DNA from: Promethearchaeota archaeon
Lineage (GTDB): Archaea > Asgardarchaeota > Lokiarchaeia > Sigyniarchaeales > SOKP01
Assembly (NCBI GenBank): GCA_019058365.1
Contig: JAHPZE010000004.1
Location: forward strand, 64,001-128,000
Length of the DNA: 64,000 nucleotides
Direction of reading: 5' to 3'
In this document: positions 20,355 to 30,307 of the stretch, in pieces
Layout: each line of letters begins with the position of its first letter
How positions within the stretch are numbered: the first letter of the stretch is position 1
Translations under genes and position numbers: made by a program
Notes under the pieces: model-generated
Database searches by the model: none
Told to the model about the DNA's origin: nothing
The model's input: only the letters and a program-made list of their open reading frames with translations

Positions 20355-21029
20355 ATGGCATTGAACAAAGAAGATCAGATTCGTATGGAAGTTGTATGGG
20401 GAGCAAAAGCAATTTTCTCAAAGGGATTAGTGGAAGCTGGAGAAGGCAATGTGAGTGTGAGAAATGGTAAAAAAGAAGAATTATTTATCACCCCTTCATT
20501 TAATCAATACGACAGCCTTAAAAAAGAAGAAATTGTACATCTAAATTTTGAAGGGACTCCTCTAAGTGCTGGAAAATTACCCTCTACTGAAGTAAAGATG
20601 CATATTGCTATTTATAAATCAAGACCAAAAGTTCAAGCAGTAATTCATACTCATTCACCTTTTGCCACAATGCTCTCTGTTGTAAGAAAAGGTATTCCAA
20701 TAATAATGGAAGAGATGTTTATCTTTTTAGGTGGATCGGTTGATGTTTCTGAATTTGGAGAAGCCCATACAATAGAAATTGGTGAAGTAGCTCTAAATGC
20801 ATTAGGTAATAAGAATGCTGCTTTGTTAGCTAATCATGGACTTATTGTTTGTGGAAAATCTTTGGAACATGCTGTTAAGTTTGCTGAATTAGTAGAAAAA
20901 CTTGCAAATGTGTATTGGGGAGCCTTGCAAATAGGAGAACCAAATTTAATATCCAAAGAACATCTTGATCGATTTCAAAAACTCTTCGATAGTCTTTTTG
21001 CTAATTATCCCCGAAGAATGAAGAAATAA
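20355..21029 (+). CDS. Class II aldolase/adducin family (FucA-like)
   Basis: GNVSVR, ITPS, PSTE..MH, VIHTHS, LANHG. Confidence 0.9.
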   Translation: MALNKEDQIRMEVVWGAKAIFSKGLVEAGEGNVSVRNGKKEELFITPSFNQYDSLKKEEIVHLNFEGTPLSAGKLPSTEVKMHIAIYKSRPKVQAVIHTHSPFATMLSVVRKGIPIIMEEMFIFLGGSVDVSEFGEAHTIEIGEVALNALGNKNAALLANHGLIVCGKSLEHAVKFAELVEKLANVYWGALQIGEPNLISKEHLDRFQKLFDSLFANYPRRMKK

Positions 21030-21062
21030 ATATAAAAAATTTACATTAATTAAAGGAAAAAT

Positions 21063-21893
21063 ATGGAATTAGGTATTAGTGCTTTAGGGCATGTAATTGA
21101 TTTAGCAGCAACACATAATTTTAAGAATCTTAAGGATTTACAACTTAAAGCTTCAATAGAATGCCTAAATTTTGCCGAGGAAAATGGAATAGAAATTGTT
21201 GAATTAGTAATAGATGTCCCTGATGTTTTTAATGATGAAAACAGGCAGGAATTCATAGAAATTGTGAACTCCTACAAAATAAAAAAACAAGTTCACGGTC
21301 CTTATGTTGATTTGAGTTTATGTTCTTATAATAACCGGATAATAGAAGCATCATTAGAATCATGTAGAGAAACAGGAAAGATATGTTATCAAATTGATGT
21401 TGAGATAATGACAATCCATCCAGGTTATGCAAACTTTATGTCAAACACTATTCGAGAAATTAATAAGAAGCAATTAAAATGGGCTATTCATGCATTATTA
21501 GACTCTATAGACATTCAGAAATTAAAGATTTGCTTAGAAAATATGCCTCAAGATGCTTATATTATGACAAATAGCAATAATATCGAAGAGATATTTAAAA
21601 CAATTAATCGAAATGATCTATTTATCACGTATGATACTAGCCATTTCTACACGTGTGATGGTGATGTGAAACGTTTATGGGCAAAGTTTCAAAAAATAAT
21701 AAAAAATGTCCATATTGTTGATAATTTCACTAAAATTTCTGATACACACCCAACTTTAGGTACTGGGAAGATTGATTTTAAAGAAATTATTGATGTAATG
21801 AAAAACCATTATTATGAAGGAGCATTAATTATTGAATTATCTTCCGCAAAATCATTAACTCAAAGTATTAATTTTATTAACAAGTTTTTATAA
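21063..21893 (+). CDS. Sugar phosphate isomerase/epimerase (AP endonuclease 2 TIM barrel)
   Basis: VHGP, IHPG, LENM, DTSH, HIVDN, H...GTGKIDF, IIE. Confidence 0.85.
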   Translation: MELGISALGHVIDLAATHNFKNLKDLQLKASIECLNFAEENGIEIVELVIDVPDVFNDENRQEFIEIVNSYKIKKQVHGPYVDLSLCSYNNRIIEASLESCRETGKICYQIDVEIMTIHPGYANFMSNTIREINKKQLKWAIHALLDSIDIQKLKICLENMPQDAYIMTNSNNIEEIFKTINRNDLFITYDTSHFYTCDGDVKRLWAKFQKIIKNVHIVDNFTKISDTHPTLGTGKIDFKEIIDVMKNHYYEGALIIELSSAKSLTQSINFINKFL

Positions 21894-21936
21894 GTAATTT
21901 ATAATTTGAAAAAAAATCGAATTTTAAAGATATAAA

Positions 21937-22329
21937 ATGCCAATAATATCCTTGCAAGTTAGTGATGATTTGTTGGAAAGGTTTGAGAAAGTTCGAAATC
22001 TTAGTGGATTTAGTTCTAAAAGTGAAGCTTTAAGGGACTCTATTGTCAGTTTCATTGAAAATTATGAAAAGTTTGAAAATCTGGAAGGATATAAATTAAT
22101 GACTGTAAGTCTAGTGTATCCTTTTAAAGAAGTAATCATAGATCAAATAACCGAGTTATATTCTCGATATCATCAAACTATTAAAACAGTAACAGATTGG
22201 CGTATTGCAGAAAAAAAGATTGAACTGCTCTTGTTAGTGGGTGAATTTGGAATTATTAAAGATCTATATAAAGAATTAGCTAAAATTAAAGATGTAATCT
22301 GTTCCATCCGTGAAATAGTAATTGATTAA
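21937..22329 (+). CDS. CopG/NikR-like ribbon-helix-helix regulator
   Basis: IISLQVSDDLLERFE...GFSSKSEALRD followed by an ACT-like C-domain. Confidence 0.8.
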   Translation: MPIISLQVSDDLLERFEKVRNLSGFSSKSEALRDSIVSFIENYEKFENLEGYKLMTVSLVYPFKEVIIDQITELYSRYHQTIKTVTDWRIAEKKIELLLLVGEFGIIKDLYKELAKIKDVICSIREIVID

Positions 22330-22338
22330 GAATAAGTT

Positions 22339-23202
22339 TTAATCAAAACGAAGCGAAAAATCTACTTGTTCAGAAGGAAATTGTGTTATTAAACCAGAAC
22401 TTATCACATCAGGTTCCGAGAGTAAATAATCCACAAAATTTTCTTGAGTTATCCCACCAGAAACTTCAACTATAACATTATCTCTAAGATTATGTTTCTT
22501 TAATAAATTAATTGCATCTTCCACCTGATCTGGGCTCATATTATCTAACATTATAATATCCGCTCCATTCTTTGCAGCTGTTAATACATCATTCACTTTT
22601 TCGATTTCTATCTCGATTTTTTTCGAAAAACTATTCCTCCTCTTGGCTTCTTTTAACAGTTTTTCAATATTTCCGTTGTAGTATCTTAAATGAGTATCTT
22701 TTAACAATACCATGTCATCAAGAGAGAATCTATGTACATCTGCTTGTCCTAGTTCTGCTGCTTTCTTCTCGAAAATACGAAATCCAGGTGTTGTCTTTCG
22801 AGTACAAGCGATTTTAACTTTCTTTCCAGAATTTTTAATTAATTTAACATATCTTCTCGCAGTAGTTGTGATTGCACTCATATGAGTAATCAAGTTTAAT
22901 CCTACTCTTTCTCCAAGCAGTATATCTCTTGTATTTCCTTTCAATTCAACAATAATATCTCCTTTATTAACTTCTGCTCCATCTTCTATTTTAAAAGTTG
23001 TGGAAATGTTTAAAAACTTATAAAGTAATTTTAATTCTTCTAATCCTGAAACATATCCAGCACTTTTTGTCAAAATCTTTGCTGAAGAGTTTGCATTCTC
23101 TGGAATAACTTTAGAACTCACATCAATAAACATGCAATCTTCCTGCAAAAACTCTCTAATTTTTTGCTCAATCACAATCTTATTATAGCTCATATTTCGC
23201 AC
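22339..23202 (-). CDS. nadC: Nicotinate-nucleotide pyrophosphorylase (quinolinate phosphoribosyltransferase)
   Basis: ER..LN, TRKTTPG, HR..LDD.VL.KD.H, EIE, IMLDN, SGGI. Confidence 0.95.
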   Translation of the reverse strand: MRNMSYNKIVIEQKIREFLQEDCMFIDVSSKVIPENANSSAKILTKSAGYVSGLEELKLLYKFLNISTTFKIEDGAEVNKGDIIVELKGNTRDILLGERVGLNLITHMSAITTTARRYVKLIKNSGKKVKIACTRKTTPGFRIFEKKAAELGQADVHRFSLDDMVLLKDTHLRYYNGNIEKLLKEAKRRNSFSKKIEIEIEKVNDVLTAAKNGADIIMLDNMSPDQVEDAINLLKKHNLRDNVIVEVSGGITQENFVDYLLSEPDVISSGLITQFPSEQVDFSLRFD

Positions 23203-23248
23203 ATTCGTGTATAGTATTATTATTATAGTTTAAAAATTAATTAAAATT

Positions 23249-23887
23249 ATGGTTGAAAAAGAAATATTATTCATTAATAATAATGGATTAATACTTGAAG
23301 CTGAATATTATGAATCAAAATCCAGCCAAAAGAATCCAGTAGTTCTAATTTGTCACCCTCATCCCCAATATGGTGGCAACATGCATAATAATGTCGTGTC
23401 TGGAGTGTTTAATAAATTAGTTAAAAACACAGTTCCTTGTTTACGATTTAACTTTAGAGGTGTTGGAAGATCAACAGGAAAATTCTCTGACGGAACAGGT
23501 GAACTGCATGATGTTAAAGCTTGTATTGATTTTTTAATAAAGGATAAAAATTGTGAGAGATTGATTATATGCGGTTATTCTTACGGCGCTGCAATAGGGT
23601 GTTCAATAATCAATTACTCAGATAAGATTATTGGTTATATTGCTATATCATTTCCTTTTGACTTTATAGGATCTAAATTTAGGGATCTCTCTCAGTCTCG
23701 CAAACCAAAATTATTTATTCAAGGTAACCAAGATACGATTGCCTTTTATAAAAAATTTGAGGAGAATTATAGCTTTTATCATGATCCAAAAAGAAAAAAA
23801 ATTATTTATGGAGCAGATCATTTTTATTGGAATTATGAAGATCAAGTAGCTGATGAAGTATTAAAATTTTATAATGATTTCATTTAA
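23249..23887 (+). CDS. Alpha/beta hydrolase
   Basis: CHPHPQYGGNM.N, RFNFRGVG.S.G, GYSYG, GADHF. Confidence 0.9.
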   Translation: MVEKEILFINNNGLILEAEYYESKSSQKNPVVLICHPHPQYGGNMHNNVVSGVFNKLVKNTVPCLRFNFRGVGRSTGKFSDGTGELHDVKACIDFLIKDKNCERLIICGYSYGAAIGCSIINYSDKIIGYIAISFPFDFIGSKFRDLSQSRKPKLFIQGNQDTIAFYKKFEENYSFYHDPKRKKIIYGADHFYWNYEDQVADEVLKFYNDFI

Positions 23888-23953
23888 GAAATCGCTAACA
23901 GAAAAAATATAAACGCAGATATTAATAAAAAAGAAAAAGCAAGGAAAAAAGAA

Positions 23954-24352
23954 TTATAAACTTGAAAGTTTTTCTAAATCTGCTTGCGAATTTTCAACTG
24001 CCCAATCAAGGAGTTGATCAAGATAACGCTCTACATCATCACTTTCGGGAGATTTTGTTAAAACTGCTAAAAGGAACTGATTTTTATTATCAGGCATGAT
24101 TATATTTCTCATGATAATATAATCATGTTTATATTTAATTTTCATACTTTGAATCTCAGATAATTCTAGTTCCTCTGCCGCTTTATAGGCAGAATCACTC
24201 AATAGTGAACCCATGGCAGCTATTACGCGTTCATCGATCTTCTCCTCTTTTTGGGATGCTAAAACTAATCCTGTTGATGTTGCAAAAAGCGATGCTCGAA
24301 AATTACCATTTTCATTTAGTTCCTTAAGTACTAAATCAAGCCTACTTACCAA
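23954..24352 (-). CDS. Roadblock/LC7 (profilin-like fold) protein
   Basis: ASLFATSTGLVLAS...IAAMGSLL...AAEEL pattern. Confidence 0.7.
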   Translation of the reverse strand: MVSRLDLVLKELNENGNFRASLFATSTGLVLASQKEEKIDERVIAAMGSLLSDSAYKAAEELELSEIQSMKIKYKHDYIIMRNIIMPDNKNQFLLAVLTKSPESDDVERYLDQLLDWAVENSQADLEKLSSL

Positions 24353-24603
24353 ATCTACACACTCTCTCTACAGATTATTTTGATGCTCTCTTAAACAAAA
24401 ACAAATAGTATTATTTTAATTTATTTATATCTAAAACTCATACTTAAAATTTCCTTGTATTATTAATATGAGTTAATTAATATTTAAAATTATTCAATGC
24501 GGATTTTAAATCATTAGTTAATATTTTGCAGATACCCTAAAATGATTATCTAAATATTTAATCCTAATATAATCAATGTAAACTTCAAAATATCCATCAG
24601 AGT

Positions 24604-25122
24604 TTACAGTTTAAGGTTGATAATAAAGGTTGATAAAATATCATTCTCATCAATATTTAACGTAATTACACTTGGTCTTGCAATAGGCTTTATAAAACCA
24701 GGTCTTTCTATAGGAGCTTTAGGCATTGTTGGGGAACCTGGGTTTAAAAGAAGCACATTGAAGTGTGTTCCTTTAATTAGGGGTTGATGAGTATGCCCAA
24801 AAATTAAAATTTGTATATCCTGCTTTTTAACAAAATCTTCAACATTATCAGGTAAAATATGGATTATTCCAATATTATATCGCCCTATAGAAAATTTAGT
24901 AAAAAGATCTAAATTTTTGATATTGTCAAAATTCCCTTTTACACATCTTGTTGGAGCAATCTCCTTGACCATATTTAAAAAAAAATTCTCACATATATCT
25001 CCTGCATGGATAATCTCATCAACATCTTTAAATGCTAGTTTTAACTGATTAATCAAAGCATTAACTTTATCTTTTTCATAATTAATTGTAATATGTGTAT
25101 CAGAGAGAATACCCAACTTCAA
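24604..25122 (-). CDS. YfcE/Vps29-family metallophosphoesterase
   Basis: SDTH, HAGD, GNFD, FGHTH, LNPGS. Confidence 0.88.
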   Translation of the reverse strand: MKLGILSDTHITINYEKDKVNALINQLKLAFKDVDEIIHAGDICENFFLNMVKEIAPTRCVKGNFDNIKNLDLFTKFSIGRYNIGIIHILPDNVEDFVKKQDIQILIFGHTHQPLIKGTHFNVLLLNPGSPTMPKAPIERPGFIKPIARPSVITLNIDENDILSTFIINLKL

Positions 25123-25136
25123 TACATAACACCTCT

Positions 25137-26210
25137 CTATATCGCGATTATAAAACCCATTATAAAGATAATTAATCCAATGATAATATCAAAAAATATA
25201 CGAAAAATTACATCTCCTTTTGTTTTTTCAATCGGATGGTCTTGTTTAAAATATGTTCCTAACATTTTAAATCCTAATAATAGACTATCTTTAATCAATG
25301 GATAAAACCATACAAATAAACAAAACCCGATAATAAGTAAAGGATAATATACATAAAGGGCTACTAGTGTAAAGCTACTTCCTTGCCAATAACTCCAAAC
25401 TACATGCGCAGAGATTATATTATTTATAGTATGAGCCATTATAACGGGAAAGAGCCATTTTCGTCTTAATACTACTAAGGAAAGTATTATCCCAATTACA
25501 AAAGCTTGTAAAAACCAAATAAATGGATACCAAATTGGATATGATCTACTTAATGGGTCGAGGATATAGGCTAAATGTCCTAATCCCCAATAAAGTGCGG
25601 AAATCATCACTGCAGATAGACTAAAAAAATGTTCACTCCCTCTTTTAGTTAATAGACCTCTAGAGACACTTTCTTCAGCAAAAGCTATTGAAAACTGAAT
25701 TATGATTACAGAAATCAAAAACACAAAATAACTGTTAGATAACAAATATGCATTTGTTGCATTAAAAACAAGCGAAACTGCTTGATATTCGATCATTTTA
25801 GGTATTAGAAGATAAGTAAAAAAATCAATTGGCAAGAAAACTAGAAAGAAAATCAAGATCCCATATAGAATCTGATATTTATAGTTCTTTTTTGTCATTT
25901 TAAATAATTTTAAGTATCCCCTTGCGGGTGAAATATCTTCTGTAATTATAATATTTCTTTTTTGGGATTCGAATACTAAATTAGAAAGAGGAAATATTAG
26001 GGGTATTCCAATAAATACCAATATTGCTCTTATTGAATAGGAAAGTATGCCGTAAAGGGGAGATCCTTTATCTACTATTAAAGGAATTAAGAAAAGTGGT
26101 ATAAGTAAAAATATGAATATTAAAATGAATGCCCATACAATTTCTTGATAAAAAAATCGAAATCTTTTTAGAGCTATTTCTTTCTTTCTACTTTTATCCA
26201 ATCTTACCAT
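25137..26210 (-). CDS. CPBP (CAAX/Abi) family intramembrane metalloprotease
   Basis: Multiple TM segments, EE..SRG, WGLGH, AH..NN. Confidence 0.8.
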   Translation of the reverse strand: MVRLDKSRKKEIALKRFRFFYQEIVWAFILIFIFLLIPLFLIPLIVDKGSPLYGILSYSIRAILVFIGIPLIFPLSNLVFESQKRNIIITEDISPARGYLKLFKMTKKNYKYQILYGILIFFLVFLPIDFFTYLLIPKMIEYQAVSLVFNATNAYLLSNSYFVFLISVIIIQFSIAFAEESVSRGLLTKRGSEHFFSLSAVMISALYWGLGHLAYILDPLSRSYPIWYPFIWFLQAFVIGIILSLVVLRRKWLFPVIMAHTINNIISAHVVWSYWQGSSFTLVALYVYYPLLIIGFCLFVWFYPLIKDSLLLGFKMLGTYFKQDHPIEKTKGDVIFRIFFDIIIGLIIFIMGFIIAI

Positions 26211-26273
26211 TTATAATAACCTAAATTCTATGGATAAAAAATTATTGAATCCAGAAATTATAAATTTTGTTAT

Positions 26274-27236
26274 TTAACGATTTAATGATTTGATTCTTAA
26301 TTCATCAGCAGTAGGAATACCGTTTCTAGCTCCTAATTCTTGGATACATTTTCCCGCTATAAAATTTCCTATCATTACATCAGATTTGAGATCTTCAAAC
26401 TTAAAACTAGTGTTTCTAATAAATCCATATATGAATCCTGCGGAAAAAGCATCTCCTGCTCCTGTGGTATCAATAACTTGATTGATATGCATTGGTTTAA
26501 TTATTTCAGATTTTTCAGAATTTAGAATTATAGCTCCTTTTTTTCCTCTTGTGACTATTATTACTTTAATTCCTAATTTGAAGAGTAATTTTGCGTTATC
26601 TTCAATTATACGTTCATTTAAATTCCTATCTCCTATATGAAAAAGGCTCTGAAATTCCCTTCTTGAAATTATTAAAATGTCAGTATTGAAAAAAAGTTCT
26701 TTTATTTTATCAAACCCTTGTTCAATTATTAACATTCCAGGATTAAATATAATTGGTATATTATTATTCTTGGCAATTTTAGCCGCTTTTTTAAATGGGT
26801 CTAAGTTTCTTAAACTACTCAAGAAAATTGTTTTTGTTTTAACTAGATCCTCAGGATTTATATCATCCGATGAAAGAGCATTCGCAGCTCCGCTATATGC
26901 ATAAATTCTTCGCTCTCCTTTTTCATTTATAGCCACATATGCTGATCCTGTTATTTTTTCTTTCGAATATTTCATTAAAGTTGTATCCAGTGGCACTTCC
27001 TTAAAATCCTTCATAATTTTATTTCCAAATTCATCATTATATCCTAATTTTCCAATAAATGCTGTTTTTAAGCCCAATTTTGAACAAGCATAAGCAGTAT
27101 TAGCAGCAGCCCCTCCGGATAATAATTGCAAATCTGAAACAAAAACTTCATCATCATCTAAAGGGTGTCTTTCAATTTTAGCGATTATATCAACAAGAGC
27201 GGCACCAATACAAATTACATCTAATTCTTTTATCAT
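26274..27236 (-). CDS. PfkB-family carbohydrate/nucleoside kinase
   Basis: GGAAAN.A..SKLG, DTTGAGDAFSAG. Confidence 0.92.
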   Translation of the reverse strand: MIKELDVICIGAALVDIIAKIERHPLDDDEVFVSDLQLLSGGAAANTAYACSKLGLKTAFIGKLGYNDEFGNKIMKDFKEVPLDTTLMKYSKEKITGSAYVAINEKGERRIYAYSGAANALSSDDINPEDLVKTKTIFLSSLRNLDPFKKAAKIAKNNNIPIIFNPGMLIIEQGFDKIKELFFNTDILIISRREFQSLFHIGDRNLNERIIEDNAKLLFKLGIKVIIVTRGKKGAIILNSEKSEIIKPMHINQVIDTTGAGDAFSAGFIYGFIRNTSFKFEDLKSDVMIGNFIAGKCIQELGARNGIPTADELRIKSLNR

Positions 27237-27248
27237 TTACTTAGACTC

Positions 27249-28436
27249 CTAATCGTAAGTAAAAGAACCGAATTCTGATTTAATTTCTAGTATGTTTTTA
27301 TCTTGTATTGGAGATTTCTCACAATATCCAATTATTTTGGAATCTATTTTATATTTTTTCGCGATATTAATTATTTCTGGTGCTAGATCTTTTTTACATA
27401 ATAATTCCATTCTGTGACCCATATTGAAAACACTGAACATCTCTTTCCATTGAGTTTCAGATGATCTTTTAATTAATTCAAATATTTTAGGAATTGTAAA
27501 AAAATTATTTTTAATATATTTAATATTTTTACCAAATTTTAGAATTTTAGTTTGTCCTCCACCAGTATTATGTATGATTCCATGAATTTCTTTCCTATAT
27601 TTTTTTAAAATATTTATCACAACTGGAGCATATGTTCTCGTTGGAGATAATAGGGCTTTACCAATATTCAAATTAAACTCATCCATCATATCTGTTAATT
27701 TATAATTACCGAAGAATACAAATTTCTCATCAGTATTTTGATCATAACATTCGGGATATTTTTTATAATATTCATGCAAAAGAATGCCATGTCTGGCTAA
27801 TGTTAACCCATTACTTCCAATTCCACTATTATATTCTTCTTCGTAAGAAGCTCTTCCATAGCTAGCCAAACCTATGATAACATCATCAGGTTTAATATTA
27901 CTTGCATCAATAATATCTTCTCTTTTCATAGTTGTGAAAGCAGAAGCGTCAACTGCTAATGTTTTAACAATATCACCTATATCAGCAGTTTCACCGCCAC
28001 ACATTTTAACATTTAAGCCCAGGGACCTCAATTTTTCACTATAATCGTAATATTCCTTAATAATAGTCTCGATGACGTTTGCTTTTATAAATTGACTATT
28101 CCTTCCAAGATTATTAGAAAAGAAAATATTACCTGTTGCTCCTACACATAAAAAATCATCAAGATTCATAACCATAGCATCCCTTACAATACCTCTAAAA
28201 ACTGAAATATCCCCTGTTTCTCTATAATACATATAAGCTAAACTTGCTTTTGTACCCGCTCCATCAGAATGAAAAATTGAGCAGTATTTTTCTCGATTAT
28301 CTATATCCTCTATGATTTTACAAAATGCTCCTGGATATAAACCTTTATCTATTGATTTTAAAGCCTTATGAACATCTTCTTTTTTAGATGAAACTCCTAA
28401 CTTTTTATATAAATTGTTATTTTCAGCCATTTTCAA
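27249..28436 (-). CDS. purM: AIR synthase (PurM), long variant type
   Basis: DGAGTK, MNLDD, GGETAD, GSNGLT, LSPTR.Y, FNMG; adjacent to purB. Confidence 0.85.
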   Translation of the reverse strand: MKMAENNNLYKKLGVSSKKEDVHKALKSIDKGLYPGAFCKIIEDIDNREKYCSIFHSDGAGTKASLAYMYYRETGDISVFRGIVRDAMVMNLDDFLCVGATGNIFFSNNLGRNSQFIKANVIETIIKEYYDYSEKLRSLGLNVKMCGGETADIGDIVKTLAVDASAFTTMKREDIIDASNIKPDDVIIGLASYGRASYEEEYNSGIGSNGLTLARHGILLHEYYKKYPECYDQNTDEKFVFFGNYKLTDMMDEFNLNIGKALLSPTRTYAPVVINILKKYRKEIHGIIHNTGGGQTKILKFGKNIKYIKNNFFTIPKIFELIKRSSETQWKEMFSVFNMGHRMELLCKKDLAPEIINIAKKYKIDSKIIGYCEKSPIQDKNILEIKSEFGSFTYD

Positions 28437-28439
28437 AAT

Positions 28440-29798
28440 TTAAAACTTATACTTTCTTTTTAGAGTTTTTATTAAATTATCGATTTGATCAACAGCTTTA
28501 CCAATATATTTGTGAGGATCAAACAAATCATCTAATTCTTCTTTTGAGAACTTTTCTTTAATTTTTTGGTTTTTAATTAACATATCTTTCATGTATAATT
28601 CTTCTTTCCGGGCTTTTATCGAGGCTTGTCTTAATATTTCATGACCTTCTTGTCTTCCTATACCTCGCTTAACTAATTGAACCATAACTTTTTCAGTAAG
28701 ACAAGCACCCTTCGTAAGGTTAAGGTTTTCCTCAATTTTTATTTCATTAAATTCTAGTCCTTTTAAATTTTGACTTAATTGACTTATCATATAATCTAAA
28801 AGTATGAAATTTTCAGCGAAAATTACTCTCTCAGATGCAGAATTCGTCATATCTCTTTCATCTTCTAAGATTATGTTATCTAATGCGACATTAACATTAG
28901 ATTTTAGAATTCTCGCCAAACTGCAAATTCTTTCGGATTTATGTGGGTTTCTTTTATGTGGCATAGTCGAACTTCCAACTTGTGTTTTCTTAAATGGTTC
29001 AAACATCTCTGAAATTTCAGTTTTTTGTAGAATTCTGTTTTCTGTTGCGATTTTAGCTAATGTTTGCCCAATTAAAGCTGTTAAAAAGATGACTTCTGCA
29101 TGCCTATCTCTTTGTATGACTTGATTTGCTATAAGCACGGGATTTAAATCAATCTTGTTCATTAAATTTTTTTGAATAATTATACCTTTTTCATTAAAAC
29201 TAGCCATTGTTCCAACAGCACCTGACATTTTCCCGAAAGATATTCGATTTCGGATTTCAGAAACCCTATCAAGATGTCTACTTATTTCATATGCCCATAC
29301 ACCAAATCTCATGCCATAAGTGGTAGGGATTGCGTGTTGACCATGTGTTCTACCTATGCAAATCAGATTTTTTTTTTCTTCTGTTATTCTTAGTAAAATT
29401 TTTAATAAATCTAATAGAGAATCATAAAGATAATTCAATGCTTCTCTTAATTGTAGCGCAGTAGCGGTATCCTCAATATCATAGCTTGTAGCACCAAGAT
29501 GAACATATTTACCAGCATTATCTTCACACTGTTCTGCCAAACTCTTAACCATTGCCATCAAATCATGATGAATTTCTTTATCAATTTCTTTAACTCTTTT
29601 TAATTTTACATAATCTAAATTTGCTTTTTTGGTAATTTCATCTGCGGCATTTTGTGGAATGGTCCCTAATTCAGCATGAACTTGTGCTAATGCGGCTTCA
29701 ACCTTTAACCAATTTTCTAATTTTTTTTCTTCTGTAAAAATATTAGCCATTTCAGTTCGATATCGCGTTTCTATTGGATGAATAAATTTATGATCCAT
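28440..29798 (-). CDS. purB: Adenylosuccinate lyase
   Basis: HLGATS, GRTHGQHA, GAVGT, GSSTMPHKRNP. Confidence 0.96.
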   Translation of the reverse strand: MDHKFIHPIETRYRTEMANIFTEEKKLENWLKVEAALAQVHAELGTIPQNAADEITKKANLDYVKLKRVKEIDKEIHHDLMAMVKSLAEQCEDNAGKYVHLGATSYDIEDTATALQLREALNYLYDSLLDLLKILLRITEEKKNLICIGRTHGQHAIPTTYGMRFGVWAYEISRHLDRVSEIRNRISFGKMSGAVGTMASFNEKGIIIQKNLMNKIDLNPVLIANQVIQRDRHAEVIFLTALIGQTLAKIATENRILQKTEISEMFEPFKKTQVGSSTMPHKRNPHKSERICSLARILKSNVNVALDNIILEDERDMTNSASERVIFAENFILLDYMISQLSQNLKGLEFNEIKIEENLNLTKGACLTEKVMVQLVKRGIGRQEGHEILRQASIKARKEELYMKDMLIKNQKIKEKFSKEELDDLFDPHKYIGKAVDQIDNLIKTLKRKYKF

Positions 29799-29945
29799 GA
29801 TTCTTTCTCTTTTTTATTTAGTCTTAATTAAAATAATGAAACATCAGAAAATATATCTTATTTAATTGAAGATATTAATCTTAAAATATCACAATCTAAA
29901 AATCAGAAATCTTTATCGCCATAATATGTTAAATTTTAATTTACT

Positions 29946-30158
29946 ATGATTAACATCAATATGTATTGTGGGAAAAAATACTATTTTTTTCAATGTTATA
30001 ACTGTGGGGAATGGTATTACACAAAAAGAATAATAAAATCTAAGAAATGTTGGAAATGCAACCATTCATTTACTTTTAAAAATTCAACAAAATTTACGAA
30101 AATATGCACAATTAGAGATGCAATCTCAATTGTTAAGAAATTAAAGGATAAGACCTAA
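29946..30158 (+). CDS. Small Zn-ribbon protein (DUF1922-like)
   Basis: FQCYNCG...KKCWKC; same strand as tldD, upstream of it. Confidence 0.55.
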   Translation: MININMYCGKKYYFFQCYNCGEWYYTKRIIKSKKCWKCNHSFTFKNSTKFTKICTIRDAISIVKKLKDKT

Positions 30159-30307
30159 ATTAGAGTCGAATTAATTCATCTTGTTCTTCTAAGATTAAGA
30201 TAAAAAAGAAAGGTATTTAAGCTATTCTTCTCTTTTTTTGATGATAAACTGATTTTCACTAAACTATCATTAATATATTTATATTTTAAATCCCTCCTAT
30301 AAGAAAG

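Noticed and set aside
30239-30252. TGATGA...CTGA box C/D-like motif
   Set aside because: Only 4 nt between the boxes, with no guide region or terminal stem
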